Origin: Octopus sinensis
Taxonomy: Eukaryota
Length of the DNA: 64,000 nucleotides
Assembly: GCF_006345805.1 (NCBI RefSeq)
Contig: NC_043009.1
Span: 21,080,001-21,144,000, forward strand
Direction of reading: 5' to 3'
Shown here: positions 49,346 to 58,959 of the stretch, piece by piece
Numbering within the stretch: position 1 is the stretch's first letter
How the letters are laid out: the number at the start of each line of letters is the position of its first letter
Program-made: the position numbers and the translations under genes
The notes under the pieces: model-generated
The model's input: the letters and a program-made list of their open reading frames with translations, nothing else
What the model was told of the DNA's origin: nothing
Databases searched by the model: none

Positions 49346-52300
49346 GAGGATAATAATGATGATGACAGCAATACTAAGGAAAATGATGATAATGATGATG
49401 ATGACGAAAAATATTTAGGATGATGATGATGAGCTTGAACACTCCCAATCCCCAGATCCCAAATGAAGTCCCTTTTCTCTGGGAACTAAAATGTAACATA
49501 AAAAAAAAAGAAAAAAAAAGGGAGAAATTAAGTAGAGAAACCTTACCAATTTCCAACGTGATGTTTAACTGCAGTTACCAATTTGGAAATTCCAGTGTCA
49601 TCAAGAAAGAAATTAGAAATAACCAAATGAAGAGCTTACTTTCAGAACCAGATCTATGCATCGGAATGACTTTTGAGTAATTGTTTAAAACAACAACTTG
49701 AATATATCTGATTTTGATTGGAAGACTAAGATTCACCTACTGTCATATATATGGCATCTATTCCCAGCTTGACTGAAAAACATTTCACATGCATGGAACC
49801 AGCAGCAGATTGTGTTTTAAGGGTCATCATGAAATCGACCAAATATGCACTTACACTGGTTTCAAAAGTAAGCTCCTCAAATGTGCAGTATGGTAATTAA
49901 TGTTTCATCCTATAACAGTCATATTCTGATTACTTTAGACATAGCTTCAACATTTACTAAAAGACCTCCAATGGTTATACATAAGAATAGGAGAATAACA
50001 GACTCCATATTACAGATCTAGCTAACTTCCAGTAAAATTACTAAATGTTATTTCAAACTTTTTTCTCACATCAACCAATATCGCATCAAACACTGTTCTT
50101 TGTCAAATTACTTCATAAATTTTTTTTTTTCAATCTCCTCATTTTATGTTGTTTTGCCCACTATGATGATTCGTTTTTGTCATCAGCATTTAAATGCTGA
50201 AGATCTGCAGTCTTTGTATTATTGCTGCTAATGTGCATGGAAAAGCATTTCCTATGATATCTCATTCCCTTTATTCTTTGACACATTAGAAATTGTTCAA
50301 AAGAATTCCAGTTGTGAACCCTTTAAATGGATGTTCTCTGATGATGAAAATAAAGAAATTAAGGAACATAAGAACTATATGTCCAAACTTCTCGTTTTGA
50401 TACTCAATTATGCACTTAAAATATCTGAAATTGGGAGTAATATTTTGTAAAAATATTAAAAGAGGTAGAATCTGAAGCACCTTTTAATGCAGACATCTTG
50501 GACAGCCTGAAAAAAGTTACTCTACAATAAACTTTCAACTCTACTTAAGATGAGGGCAATCAAAATCTTTGATAAACTTTTATATTGGAAGAACTTGCTT
50601 GATCGGCGATAATATTCATAGAAGAATGAGTTCTTATTTAAAATGGTAAAATTGGACTCCTGCTGGATTTATGATTACAAATATTTTATTCAAGATTTTG
50701 GACTATACTATTTCCCAGAGATTAGCTCATAGTTGAATCACATCTAAGTTATTGAAACTATCATAAATTTAACCCTTTAACCAATTTGATACCAACATGC
50801 TTTCTATGATGAAAGAATTATTCATTTGAGTGTGTTCCTATTTAAATGAAAATTTTCTGTGGTAATCTAAGGTAAGAACTCTTTCATAAATTATGATCTA
50901 AATACCAATTTAATATAGAAATGAATGTCAAACGTTTATCATTTTTCTAAATCCCTGAAAATTTTTCTTGATTTTCAAGCAATGGAATTGCACAAACAGT
51001 GTATTTCATTACAAATGCCATTGTGAAAGCTGCAGAGGGAAATTTGAATGTTGACAGAGCAGGGTGGAAAATCACAATGATAAAAGTGGTAAATACATCT
51101 GAAAGAATATGTTATGCTAACTACAAAGAAAGCTAGTTTTCTTTTTTTAAATTATGTCCAATATAGACTAGGATGAAAGAAATTCAATGAAATCAGCTTA
51201 GTTTTATATATTAAAGCATAAGTAAGCTGGATCTGTGAAATAGTTTTGCAAGTCAATGTTACATGTTACAGAAACCCCAAACTTGAATGGTTGTTTTGAA
51301 ACCCAAACAGACATTGTTTAGGTAAAGGAACAGAAAACCTCCAAGACAAAACATCATCATCGTCATCAACAGAATCTAAGTCAACATCAGCTGCAAAGAA
51401 TTCCCAGTGTAAAGCCAAACTATCATCAATCGTCATCTCAAAACTATTATTGCAATCCATTGAAATCAATCATTAAAATCACCAAAAAAAAAAAAAAGGC
51501 AAAATGAAGCCAAAATATATTTGAAAGCTAAGAAGTTCCATACAAAATAACAAAGTTTTAGCACTGATTATATGATTTAAACAGATTGAATTCTTTTGGA
51601 GATATGGAAGGTAGTGGCACATTAACAATGGCACACCCTTTGTCTTGCAGAAGAAGAAATAAAGGGATTCTCCCCTCTCCTTTAATATCCTCATTTTTCT
51701 AACATCAAGTCAAAAATGGTAACAATAAAAGAATTTAATAGAACTGTTAAGGTTTAAAAATTAATTTAGTAAAATTTAACCTTTTATTTCCACTTTTTTC
51801 TCCATAAACCACAGAGGCATGTGCCTCTATAAAGGTTTTATAAAGCTGTTGTTGTGTGTTTATGTTTTGTGTCCATTTTCCATGGTTCCATGGATTGGAT
51901 GATTATTGTTTTGGGAGTAAATCCAAGAGGATTCCTCAATAAGTTCAATTGCCATAAGGAATGGTAAAAGTCAATACTTTGGATTATAACTTGAAATTCT
52001 GGCTATTTTTATTCATCACAGCAGTTAAACTTATTGACATTAAACAAACTCTTCAGGATTTGCTATTTTCAATGTTGCCAATGAAATTTTCTCAGATTCT
52101 GACCGTTGGTCAATCGTTTTTGTTGCTGGACAACATAGAGTAAAGAGTGGAATCAGGAACAATGGAGCAAGCAGAACTTCCTCATAATATGGATTCACAG
52201 TTTTGATTATGGCATATGGCTTTTTTGTGAGAGGAAGGGAATGTAGTCAATAATATAGACCCCTGTACTTGATTGGATCTTCATTTTGTCTACCCTGGAA

Positions 52301-55300
52301 AAATAAAAGGGAATATGGACCCTAGTATGATAAAGGGAGATACAAAATACCACATGGCATTTTATGTTCTCTCTTCTACTAATTCCTTCTGCTAACCTAT
52401 CCCCCTCCCACTTCCCTCATAATCTTACTGTAGTAATGAAAGAGATGGAAAATTGGAACCTGCTTCAATTTTACTGAATTAATAAACTAAATAATAATGA
52501 TTACAATAATAAAACTGATCCAGTTATTAACATTTACAAACTGATCTCTTGTAAATATGTGAGAAAACCAAACCATACCTAGAACCTCCATAATTCCAAA
52601 TTGTAAACGCAAACCATGGTTTGATGAAGATTGCAGGGATGCTATAAAAGAGCGAAAAAAAAAAAGGCGGAAAGAAAAATTCAAAAAGGCATCCCAATGA
52701 ATGTTAATCTGAAAAAACGTAACAATGAGATGGAAATCGAGATGAGCTTATAAACAAGAAATCTATAAAGGAAATATGTTTCTAAAGTAAAAAACCAAAA
52801 GACATAAAGTAAGACATTATAGAACATGGCAGGTAGAAAACATTAATGAAATTTCTTTTCCACAGGTTTCAAAGGGAGAAATGATTTGCTGGTAGATTCT
52901 TCTAAAGTGAAGAGAAATTGACAAGTATTTGGTGGGTTTACAGTTCTGAGTTTGATTTCTACCAAAAAATATCTGAAATAGTAATCAACCAATAAAGAAA
53001 TGAGTTATGTCTGGTTATGAATATCCTCATTAAAGGCAACACCAAAGTAAAAAAAAATAAACAAAGGTGAAGATAGGTGAGTAAAAAACCTGAATGAATT
53101 ATTTCTTAAACTCTTTCTGATTGAAATGTTTTTTCTGAATGAACAAATATTAAAGTAAAATCAAATTTGTAGAATAAGAAGGAAACGGTAGACATGAAGA
53201 AGGTTGAAATGACCTGTTAATCTCAGTCCTCCATTTGTTTGATCCGACATCAAATGATCTGATTCCTCAGCATGTTCAACTGTACCCATTGCAAATGCTT
53301 GTTCTGCAAGAAGTTTTGGAGGTTGTGTCTTTGGACTTCGAAAATATCTGGCGGAAAAAAAAAAGAAAACAATAAAAAGGTAAATATATCATTCCCTTGC
53401 ATCATTCAAAAATTTAACTCACAAGGTGGTATCAAAAAGTTCCTGGACTAGTTATGTTTAATAAAAAATAACTCATTTGCCTAAGTTTTAACCTCATCTC
53501 CTTTGAAATTGTTGCAATAACCATTTTAGCCATTTTGAAATGTGGCGCGAATTGGCAATATGACATAATGTCTTTGCCGAAGAATTATCATTTTCGTTTT
53601 TTTCCATTGGTTAATATAACTGCTCATATAAAGATTCTAAAAGTTTCGTAAAGAATATTTGTCATGGATTTCGATTCTTTTTAGTCAAGTTGAGCAGTTA
53701 TAAAAACCCTGGATTTTGGGAAAAATTTCAGTGTTTGTTGGATGTCACTGAACTCCACGACACTCACTCTTTTGAGACATCGGTAATTTTCATGCCATGT
53801 CTAAGTTAATCACAAGTCTATTTTGATTTGTTGGTTAATGTATTAGCTAGAATTGAGAAATTAGTTAATGAAATTATAGTCGTTCTTCTTCACAACAAAG
53901 TTATCTTTCTTACTGTAAATAATATAAAATGTTATATTTATATAATAAAACTAATTAAAAGAAAATGTTTCTTTTCACATTTGTTTTTCAACTGAGCATA
54001 AATAAGTATGCATTTCTGTAATCCTTGATTATGTTTTCTTATAGCGGTTTAAAGGACACAAAGAAAATATTATACATACATGTCGTTAATATAGCGTTTC
54101 ATGTGTATATGTCTCTATGATGTTATAACTGTAGTTAGGGTTTTAGGTATAATGATAACACTTTAGTATAAGTGACGTTGAATCATTATATTCTCCCTTA
54201 CTCAGAGAAAAGCCAAATAAAATAATATAACCTAAGAGAAAGCTTAAGGTAGAATAATCGAAAACTGCCGTAAAATAAACATCTTACGCAGCAAAACGCC
54301 GGTCCTAGCATTCCTGCTACTTTTGGAATCTGGCCTGGAAGCCATTTTCTGCAAGTGACCTTCTGCAATTCATTCTGGATCTCAACAATGGTGTTACAAT
54401 GGCAACCTTTGAGCTGCCTTTTCACTTGGGGGAAGAGATGGACGTCCACAGGCACCAAATTTGGCGAATAATGTGGGTGTGGAAGTGATACCATGATGTT
54501 TTTGATGGGAAACTCATGAATGATGAGAGTTCAGTGACAAGGTGCTCTATCATCATGAAGAATTGGCTTGGCACTCCACAGATTTGGTCACTTTTGTTGA
54601 ATGTCTTCTCTCAAATGCTTCAAAACGTTGAAGTAGAACTCTCGATTGATGGTCTGGCCCCGGATGGGGGGGGGGGGAATGAATTCTCAATGCACAATAC
54701 CGCAGATGATGAAAATAAAAAAAAATGATATGCATGCTCTTGATTGAGCTGCAGCTCTGTTGAGCCTTCTTCAGTTGTGGAGATGAAGGGGTCTTCCATT
54801 GTGACGACTGCTGCTAAATGTTTCAAGGTCGTACCCATAGACCCAACTCTCAACATTGGTGATGATCCTCAACATGAAGGATGGGTTACCAGCAGCATGC
54901 TGACAGAGATCTTGACTGACTTTTGACATGATGTTCTTTCTGCATGGTGGTCAGCAGGTGAGAGACAAACTTGGCAGAGATAGGCTGCATGTTCAGTTCG
55001 GATGTTAGGATTCCCTGAATGGACCCATACAAGAGACCAACAACATCAGCAATGTTGTTGATTGGTCTCCAATAATCCTCATGCACAAGCTAATAATTTT
55101 TTTCCATATTTCCAGGGGTGACACTCGTGGCATATCTTCCAGATTGCTCATCGTCTTCCAGGGACATTCTGCTCTTGAAGTGCCTGTGCCACTCAAACCA
55201 TTACATACGACCCATTGCCTCATCGCCATAAGCTTCCTGAAGCATGCTCAATGTCTTTGTAGCAGACTTCCCAAGTTTAACACAAAATTTCACATTGGCT

Positions 55301-57261
55301 TTTTTGTTCCAAATTCCTGTCCATGACAAAATTGCAGACTACAACGTACACATGATCACAAAAACACAATTTTCACAACTTGCGAAGTAAACACTTGGCA
55401 CACTGCCTCACAAAGGTCACTGCTAGCTCTCACTGTGCATGCAACTATGTACTACCATCTGTTGGTGCACTACAGAACTAGTCTGGGAAATTTTTGATAT
55501 GACCTTGTAAAGTCCCTTCTGTGTGTGTGTGTGTGAGAGAGAAAGAAAGAGACAGAGTTTAACTTCTGGTTTTCACGCTTTTCCTTAAATGAACTGATTC
55601 AGAACAGGAATAAAGACGCCATGTGTTAAAAGTTGACTGTTGTGTTCTGTTTTTTCATTATAACGATGGCTTACTTATATCACCATCTTAAAACACACAC
55701 CCACACAAACATAATGGACATTACCCCTGTTTTGAGATTTGTCAGGGTGCTCAATAACAAAAGTAACAGAAAATATGATTAAGCAACCACAAAGAATTGA
55801 TGCAAAACAAATCAATATTCCTTACTGTTACAAATCATATCATCTGTGAATTTCTCCTTGCTGAAATTTGGTCAATAATACCAAACCTACCCTTAAATGG
55901 ATCAAAGACACGAAAAGGAATACACAACATATAAAATTACACTGTGACACATCAAAGCACTTGCTGCTGAGGTTAGGGGTCTATCATTTCTACTATGATG
56001 CCTTACAATAAGCTCATTCACCATCTCAATATTTCTAAGTCCTTATGTGCTATTGTTAGACAGATGTAGCATTAAGCTGCCTCTGTGTACTATTATTGAA
56101 CTGTTATGGACATTATGCAACCCTCCTTTTGATAGGTCTTGTGTTTTGCATATGTTGTTCCATGTTTTGCATATGTTGTTCCACTGTATGGAACCTTTGG
56201 CAAGTATATTTTATCAAAGCCTTGTGAATGAAATTTGGCAGATGGAATTTGTGTGGAAAATAGTTAATGGGGGAAGGAGAACCTTTCTTGTTCTGTGTGG
56301 TAAGCTTAAAAACGCCCCAGAAGATCAGAAAACAAACTTTAAGTGATGTTAACTGTTCATATAGCATAAATTTTGTAAGAAATAAATTGGTGTGTTTTAT
56401 ATCAATTTACACAGGATGAAATTTGAAATGTTACTATTTAAAAGTGTCAATTGAAGAAAAAAAAACCCAGTAATCAGTATTAATACAGACCTGGGTGAGG
56501 CAATTCCCTTTACCATTTTGCTAATCTTCTTGAAAACGTCCCTTGTAAAGTATTTATGTTGAAATTAAAATCTTGACTCGTAACTTGTTATGATATAAGT
56601 ATGTTGAAGTAAAAGTTCTGTTATAGAAACTTTTATATGTAAGAAACTTTTGTTTGGTCATAATCTAAATACCAGTTTAATCTACTAAAATAAATTATAA
56701 AACTTATAGTTATTTTACTAAGCATTCAAATTCTAAATATGAAAATCAGTAAAAAAACTATCTTTGTTAGAAATCTGAGTAAAAATGAGTTAGGGAGAGA
56801 AACATTTTCAATTATTTCCAGTGAATTAATTTTAGTCTAAATAGAATGGAAAATAATGAAGTGCTCATCTCTCTTTTGGAGGCAAAAGGATCTTTTTGAA
56901 ATCAGAGAGCAACAAAGTAACATTATAATAAAACCATACTCATAGCAACAATACAAGACTAAGCAATAAAATGTAACTATGGCAATAAAATGTAAGTTTA
57001 ACAACAAAACAAAGTTTTTCTTTATTGGTTGTTCTGCAGGAAAGGACTATTGCTGTAGCATTTGTAGGTCCTCCAAGTTTGGTAAGATTGAAAGGATCAA
57101 TGTTTCTCTAGAAGAGTTGCATGAAATATAAGGGCAAGAAAGGAATTCCAGATGGGCAACATTCTGGAGAATAAGGACTATGAAAAATGGTTAGTGTGAG
57201 GTCTTGATGTAGAGGTGGATAAGACAACCAGCTCCAAGGAGTAGAAGAAGTCATTGTAGTA

Positions 57262-57337
<76 letters not shown>

Positions 57338-58625
57338 GAGAGAGAGAGTGTCTGTGGGCCAGGGCTTGCATGTATCAGTAAGTGACTTCAAACAATGAAT
57401 TAGGAAGCCTGTTTTCAACTTCTTTTGAATGTGTCTCAGGTGTTTGTACATATAGTAGCAATACTATGATGTCAGATATGAGAGTAGTACTCTATTGATA
57501 GCCTCACCTGAACATTACACAGAGTCAATAGTTGGAAAATGAGATATTTTCTGGCCAGTCTTTGAGATATTGAAGATGTGAGATTGTAAAGAGAGATTCT
57601 CAGAAATCATAAGGTTTAGTGTATATGGCAACCTTGTAGGTTCTATTTACATGCTGTTCATGTTTTGAGGGGTGAGATGCCATAAATTATTGTATTTTTG
57701 TGCTATTGATTAAGATGAGATTGGCATGGCCCCCATTAGAGAATGCTTTTCAGATTTGTTTTCCTGGAAGCTAGTGCTGGTTTGACTTGTGGTGTCTAGG
57801 TTCCAGGGGACTGAAACTTGGGTGTGGAAAGGTAGGGAAGAATGAAGGGTATAAATATCTGCATAGGAATGAATATTGTTGGAGATAATGTCAAATATGT
57901 TATTGATGTAAACAAAAGATGAATGCAGTAAATCTTGAAGGATACACGAGTAGATAAAGTGTGGATCAGAAAGAGCTGTATCAACACATGCTATGATATT
58001 GTAATCTGAGAGAAAGCCTCCAATGCAAAATATGAGAGACTGCTGCAGTTGATAGGCAGATAATTTAGCAACTTTGTTTAGCAAACATGCTCAAATGTTT
58101 TACTGATGTTAAGTGCCATAATGTTTCCACCAAATTTTTCAAATGCAAAAGTTCATGAGTGAGGAACACAGAGAAAGCCGATCTCCAAGATGTTGCTCTG
58201 CAAGAGTTGTACAGGTCATCATTAAGAAATTACAAGAATCTATAGCAAACAAAACAATTATAGCACCAAACTGTAACTATAAGAGTATAGCAACAAAACT
58301 GAGTAAAGCCACATGTGAATATAGCAACAACAGAAAACTATATTAGCAAATATAAATCCTGAATTTAAGGTTAAAACGGACAGCAAGTAGGTGCATCTAT
58401 ACTTCTATGATATACTGAGAACTGTTTACTTCGAGAGAAATAAATAACATTAAAATGTGTTAAGTAGATTTAAGCAGTCATTCGTTCAGCAATTATTGTT
58501 TCTAGATATTCCAAGATTTTACCGGAAGCACAAAACACATAATATGAGGATGATGATATTTGCAACAAGGGCTGCTGTTAAGATGTGAAACATGTCAAGC
58601 TGGGATTGTTCTCCACTCTGAATAA
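6660..58625 (-). CDS. Receptor-type protein tyrosine phosphatase (TM + D1 + D2), 16 spliced coding exons; partial gene lacking the ectodomain and last exon
   Basis: 16 exons with AG/GT boundaries and compatible phases join into one 1991-nt open frame. Motifs present: KNRY, DYINA, YIASQGP, DFWQM, KCEKYWP, WSDHGVP, VHCSAGIGRSG, MVQ..QY, then a second PTP domain. Exon sizes 88/74/135/136 nt recur as in other metazoan RPTP genes. Confidence 0.95.
7569..7729 (-). CDS. RPTP D2 exon (GKQLSVKQYQYTSWPATSAVP...APMVVHCL)
   Basis: V.QYQY..WP and P.VVHC motifs; ctgcAG / GTaagt; 161 nt. Confidence 0.95.
8628..8753 (-). CDS. RPTP D2 exon (TCCKYWKDDGEIEFGHIIV...ERILFIQNSET)
   Basis: C..YW motif; gattttcAG / GTttgt; 126 nt. 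Confidence 0.9.
9423..10190 (+). mobile_element. LTR (~768 bp) of a tRNA-Trp-primed Gypsy-like retrotransposon, no internal region
   Basis: TGTTGCA...TGTAACA termini, TATAAG at ~10083, AATAAA at ~10132, followed after 1 nt by TGGTGACCCC (tRNA-Trp PBS); second copy at 53510. Confidence 0.75.
10192..10241 (-). pseudogene. 3' 50 nt of tRNA-Trp(CCA) including the CCA end (extended PBS / reverse-transcribed tRNA)
   Basis: Minus strand reads TCTGA-CT-CCA-CA-TCAGA-AGGCT-GCATG-TTCAAAT-CACGT-TGGGGTCA-CCA: anticodon arm, T arm and acceptor 3' strand of eukaryotic tRNA-Trp. The D arm and 5' acceptor strand are absent. Confidence 0.85.
10543..10677 (-). CDS. RPTP D2 exon (SHENPRNYIATQMPMKETIEDFWQMVCD...IVMLN)
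   Basis: YIATQ.P, T..DFW.MV, IVMLN motifs; ttttAG / GTgagt; 135 nt. Confidence 0.95.
13328..13401 (-). CDS. RPTP D2 exon (SDLYRPYLKPAPDGQPRYINAVYLP)
   Basis: D..RP.L and YINAV motifs; atttcAG / GTaatt; 74 nt, same size as the D1 counterpart. Confidence 0.92.
13665..13767 (-). CDS. RPTP D2 exon (ELQELEYPHTSQEFLETAKLKNNLNKTRVKNILA)
   Basis: Degenerate KNRY equivalent (KTRV); acattcAG / GTaagt; 103 nt; phase fits. Confidence 0.9.
14661..15200 (-). mobile_element. RTE-associated 3' region / SINE-like tail with internal ~50-bp tandem units
   Basis: Reverse complement of 21600-21995 and 24995-25393; (CAT)n tail at the left end. Confidence 0.8.
15531..15686 (-). CDS. RPTP D1 end and D1-D2 linker exon (DQYEFIYFALVES...LLQQHFQ)
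   Basis: QY.FIY.AL.E motif; ctttttAG / CAG|GTtcgt; 156 nt. Confidence 0.93.
16673..16808 (-). CDS. RPTP D1 exon (SAGIGRSGTFIALD...MRKARLNMVQIE)
   Basis: P-loop AGIGRSG and Q-loop start; gttttAG / GAG|GTactc; 136 nt. Confidence 0.95.
17583..17880 (+). mobile_element. tRNA-derived SINE
   Basis: TGGCCTAGTTGTTAG A-box-like and GGTTTGAATCTC B-box-like head; related copy at 44041. Confidence 0.7.
20011..20162 (-). CDS. RPTP D1 exon with WPD-loop equivalent and catalytic Cys (QFHFTSWSDHGVP...GPLVVHCS)
   Basis: QFHF..W.DHGVP and P.VVHC motifs; ttttAG / AG|GTaaat; 152 nt. Confidence 0.95.
20235..20552. mobile_element. Fully palindromic MITE (~320-bp hairpin)
   Basis: ttgcaatgttattatcagtcc ... ggactgataataacattgcaa; arms pair imperfectly all the way to the central agatgctagcatct. 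Confidence 0.85.
20640..21995 (+). mobile_element. Internally deleted RTE-clade LINE (endonuclease N-terminus joined to RT C-terminus and 3' UTR)
   Basis: VGTLKGRSGEIVELLERRRVDLCCIQEVRWRG is followed at ~20790 by RCTKCKLWTHKRC...FVCGRC...VDSFHYLGDQVS...GSETW...RRLRWYGHV; (GAT)n tail. Confidence 0.85.
22528..22647 (-). CDS. RPTP D1 exon (TKCEKYWPDKEVKISGDLKIRC...FTIRSFFLQK)
   Basis: KC..YWP motif; ttttcAG / AAG|GTacca; 120 nt. Confidence 0.95.
22808..23207. mobile_element. MITE with TAGATG...CATCTA termini in TA context
   Basis: ~60-bp TIRs with a repeated ttctttgc.atcaaatttgaa unit; related copy at 46540-46850. Confidence 0.85.
23315..24125 (+). mobile_element. Mariner/Tc1 relic, internally deleted
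   Basis: TA|CAAGGTCTGAT...ATCAGACCTTG|TA ends; EQRIRIKFCQKLG...KVYGKDCMNRAQV.QWFK and YSPDLAP-like motifs. Confidence 0.85.
24420..24605 (+). mobile_element. tRNA-derived SINE with ctttcatccttt.ggggt.ga (Meta-type) core
   Basis: GAGCTGGCAGAATTGG and GAGTTCAAATTC boxes; many reverse copies at 46880-47757. Confidence 0.7.
24995..25393 (+). mobile_element. RTE-associated 3' region with 3-4 tandem gtgccggtggca.gtaaaaagcacc units
   Basis: Near-identical to 21690-21995; (GAT)n tail. Confidence 0.85.
26040..26174 (-). CDS. RPTP D1 exon (GFNKPKKYIASQGPTSAIITDFWQMLWQVNCTKLVMLTNLIETGK)
   Basis: YIASQGP and DFWQM motifs; ctttatAG / GTaagt; 135 nt. Confidence 0.95.
26763..30192 (-). pseudogene. Tx1-like ORF2 (APE endonuclease, RT, zinc finger) with 4 in-frame stops and 1 late frameshift
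   Basis: CLNVRGL, SET, VGDWN, YLDR, TDH; PGLDGLP, NFRPITLLN, LDQSKAFDRV, VRQGCPLS, YADD; CPRC..ETVLHALVQC. Stops at 29647, 29071, 27919 and 27466 are all in one frame; frameshift near 27030. Confidence 0.92.
30236..32122 (-). CDS. Tx1-like ORF1 (gag-like nucleic-acid-binding protein), 628 aa from the first ATG
   Basis: Uninterrupted ORF; CYLCSSESHLKRDC (CX2CX4HX4C); poly-Q and Pro/Thr-rich C-terminal half. Confidence 0.85.
   Translation of the reverse strand: MAMKRTGCSLLQASHPPHKKISLAAPNRPFHTLKGKENIPMVRAGKQNIPNENKNEGVTFDVIKDFPPLPATNLPALEKDGRKSVPKRQNNDGVAFDVNKDFASFLSTSATAPEKEAKKMTSNHTDTTTSNKTTSYHSNFASATKENSEEIKVTIHQIKSAKELLRKERNTVFLNTPQQLINDTNKKTIIYKVFDKKIKRVTNATPQQLEIALKPIWAKKSYVTRGKCYGTVEVHFPTEEDARAHAISPLQNESLFLVPSYLRRRVQKMKIDTVPPELHISWLVMAVLYDIEDTATILDVQRVKEKNWSGMGVQLLVQIQQENINAIPDSVNLPDGTRLRVTVEGRKPKCYLCSSESHLKRDCPIHKKRMEANGKRQQQQQQQQQHETPKAATPPTPSSPPRRTTPPPTTTTKPTPTPAPRKTTTKKPVETPTPSSSPIDTATTPLPAEPTEIFRPADEADPTVIPFPDQDSSDCASTDTEKGEWHTVPPKKKRREKQKDSQGKHEQIVLPNINNNNNNTHSQQQTTTTLSTPLLPLSHTPTHTDTVTSINTKNEKLVAYLKDKTSTNITDFVIPTHNTPPAHILTIKIFPNDVGSLGKSFSKKLYKNIVEAPVQKHKGATPTTNNSK
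32342..34668. repeat. Near-perfect ~1140-bp tandem duplication bounded by (AAT)n tracts
   Basis: 32395-33445 is repeated at 33534-34586; only single-base homopolymer indels were seen. Confidence 0.93.
32626..32890 (+). mobile_element. R4/Dong-like RT C-terminal fragment (duplicated at 33766-34030)
   Basis: EQKPLHGKY...VDQKHTHQWLQSSGLK.E.EGFILAAQDRSLLTRSYQAK. Confidence 0.7.
34670..37077 (+). mobile_element. R4/Dong-like non-LTR element (restriction-like endonuclease type), 5'-truncated, decayed, interrupted at 34747-35820
   Basis: SYKYLGILQ...KKE..VRKILASEL...LDRKSRKLL...LY..RANGGRGL...ESIILAVQDRAL...C..C....ETI.HI...C, DVACPFD, PIIVGSLGTV. Confidence 0.8.
34747..35820 (-). mobile_element. 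RTE/RTE-X-like LINE insertion with inverted 5' segment and 10-bp TSD
   Basis: Minus-strand KTEY...YKYLG...ILLYGSETW...FAGHC (34752-35468); plus-strand inter-domain segment (35465-35820); AAGAAAGAGT at 34737-34746 and 35821-35830. Confidence 0.85.
37203..37640 (-). mobile_element. Decayed CR1/L2-like LINE 3' end
   Basis: Resembles the 3' end of the 60540 element (tacagtgctca.gt...caggtgtagt...agcatg); preceded by (AAT)n. Confidence 0.55.
38642..38715 (-). CDS. RPTP D1 exon (YDHSRVILEKCKDSDSDYINANYID)
   Basis: DHSRV and DYINAN motifs; tttgtAG / GTaagt; 74 nt. Confidence 0.95.
38816..38903 (-). CDS. RPTP D1 exon (RLSQNTEATCKAANLQENKAKNRYKNIVA)
   Basis: KNRY pTyr-recognition motif; ttttcAG / GTaagt; 88 nt. 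Confidence 0.95.
39856..40013 (-). CDS. RPTP exon: juxtamembrane/wedge (DGSNADIQCEDEIIYMNV...IPVDELQSYIQNKRNFEGGFGAEYR)
   Basis: ccactAG acceptor, AGG|GTgagt donor, 158 nt; typical pre-D1 I.V..L...I.......F..EY pattern. Confidence 0.9.
42116..43432 (+). mobile_element. Probable non-autonomous Helitron(s) in (TA)n, with two 3' ends
   Basis: Hairpin + CTAG|T at 42907-42947; ccgtcc-ttt-ggacgg hairpin, 11 nt, then CTTG|T at 43403-43433. Confidence 0.5.
44041..44306 (+). mobile_element. tRNA-derived SINE
   Basis: TAGCCCAGTGGTTAGG head; body related to the 17583 copy. Confidence 0.65.
44651..44703 (+). ncRNA. Minimal type I hammerhead ribozyme motif, copy 1
   Basis: TGAG-CTGATGA-[stem II region]-GAAA-CGTACG-TT-CTCA: stem I TGAG/CTCA, palindromic stem III ACGTACGT, GUU cleavage triplet. 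Confidence 0.7.
45210..45262 (+). ncRNA. Minimal type I hammerhead ribozyme motif, copy 2
   Basis: Identical to copy 1, 559 nt downstream. Confidence 0.7.
46540..46850. mobile_element. MITE, same family as 22808-23207, opposite orientation, longer TIRs
   Basis: TAGATG...CATCTA ends in TA context; core is the reverse complement of 22930-23020. Confidence 0.85.
46880..47757 (-). mobile_element. Cluster of four same-orientation tRNA-derived SINE copies separated by trinucleotide microsatellites
   Basis: Repeated caaattttggcaca...ggtactt...gacc...atgaaaggcaaag units at ~46880, 47143, 47338 and 47589. Confidence 0.75.
49215..49431. repeat. Degenerate (GAT)n microsatellite
   Basis: Directly visible. 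Confidence 0.9.
51270..52830 (+). mobile_element. Highly decayed I/Nimb/Jockey-like LINE relic
   Basis: KPWFDEDCRDAIKERKK...KFK at ~52610, a typical post-endonuclease motif; the rest is fragmentary and the boundaries are approximate. Confidence 0.4.
53214..53347 (-). CDS. RPTP exon: juxtamembrane (YFRSPKTQPPKLLAEQAFAMG...GGLRLT)
   Basis: Polypyrimidine tract + ccgccAG acceptor, 134 nt open, G|GTcatt donor; phases 2->1 bridge the TM exon and the 40013 exon. Confidence 0.75.
53422..55507 (-). mobile_element. Mariner transposon relic interrupted by an LTR
   Basis: CAAGGTGGTATCAAAAAGTTCC...GGAAATTTTTGATATGACCTTG TIRs; PHPHYSPNLVP and ISAKFVSHLLT motifs. Confidence 0.85.
53510..54282 (+). mobile_element. 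Second copy of the 9423-10190 LTR, without PBS; 3' end uncertain
   Basis: Colinear high similarity from TGTTGCAATAACC to aaggtagaataa. Confidence 0.75.
57266..57348. repeat. (AG)n microsatellite
   Basis: Directly visible. Confidence 0.95.
57350..58140 (-). mobile_element. Decayed CR1/L2/Jockey-like RT fragment
   Basis: I..FLSD..I...D...S, F..YIN......SNNIHSYAD motifs. Confidence 0.55.
58523..58625 (-). CDS. RPTP exon: transmembrane helix (IQSGEQSQLDMFHILTAALVANIIILILCVLCFR)
   Basis: tttctctattttcAG acceptor, CG|GTaaaa donor, 103 nt, hydrophobic stretch ending in Arg; the phase-2 end matches the next exon. Confidence 0.8.
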
Positions 58626-58959
58626 CTGAAAATAGAGAAAATTGAAAAAAATCTTAAGAAAGATGATAATAATGTACAACATGGAAAATTAAAACTTTTT
58701 TTTAACCAAATAAGTACACTAATTAACATTTAAGCATATCACTCTGGCCACAAAGAAATAAAAATCATGAAAATAAAGTAATATTTAAAAACTAAATTTA
58801 GAAACAAAGTGAATTGTTATACTTTTATAAAAATGGCATGGCAATAAAAATCCCTTATTGATAATTTTTGTCAATAAGGGATTTCAGTAATTCTCTAATT
58901 GAAAATCCTCAGATGGAAAAGATAAAAAACAAATGTAACCCTACAATACAACAAACAAA

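Noticed and set aside
49166-49423. Asp-rich and Met-rich ORFs
   Set aside because: Translations of a (GAT)n microsatellite.
49547-49568. 22-nt AG..GTAAGG micro-exon candidate
   Set aside because: Not frame-preserving alone or together with the 48180 candidate.
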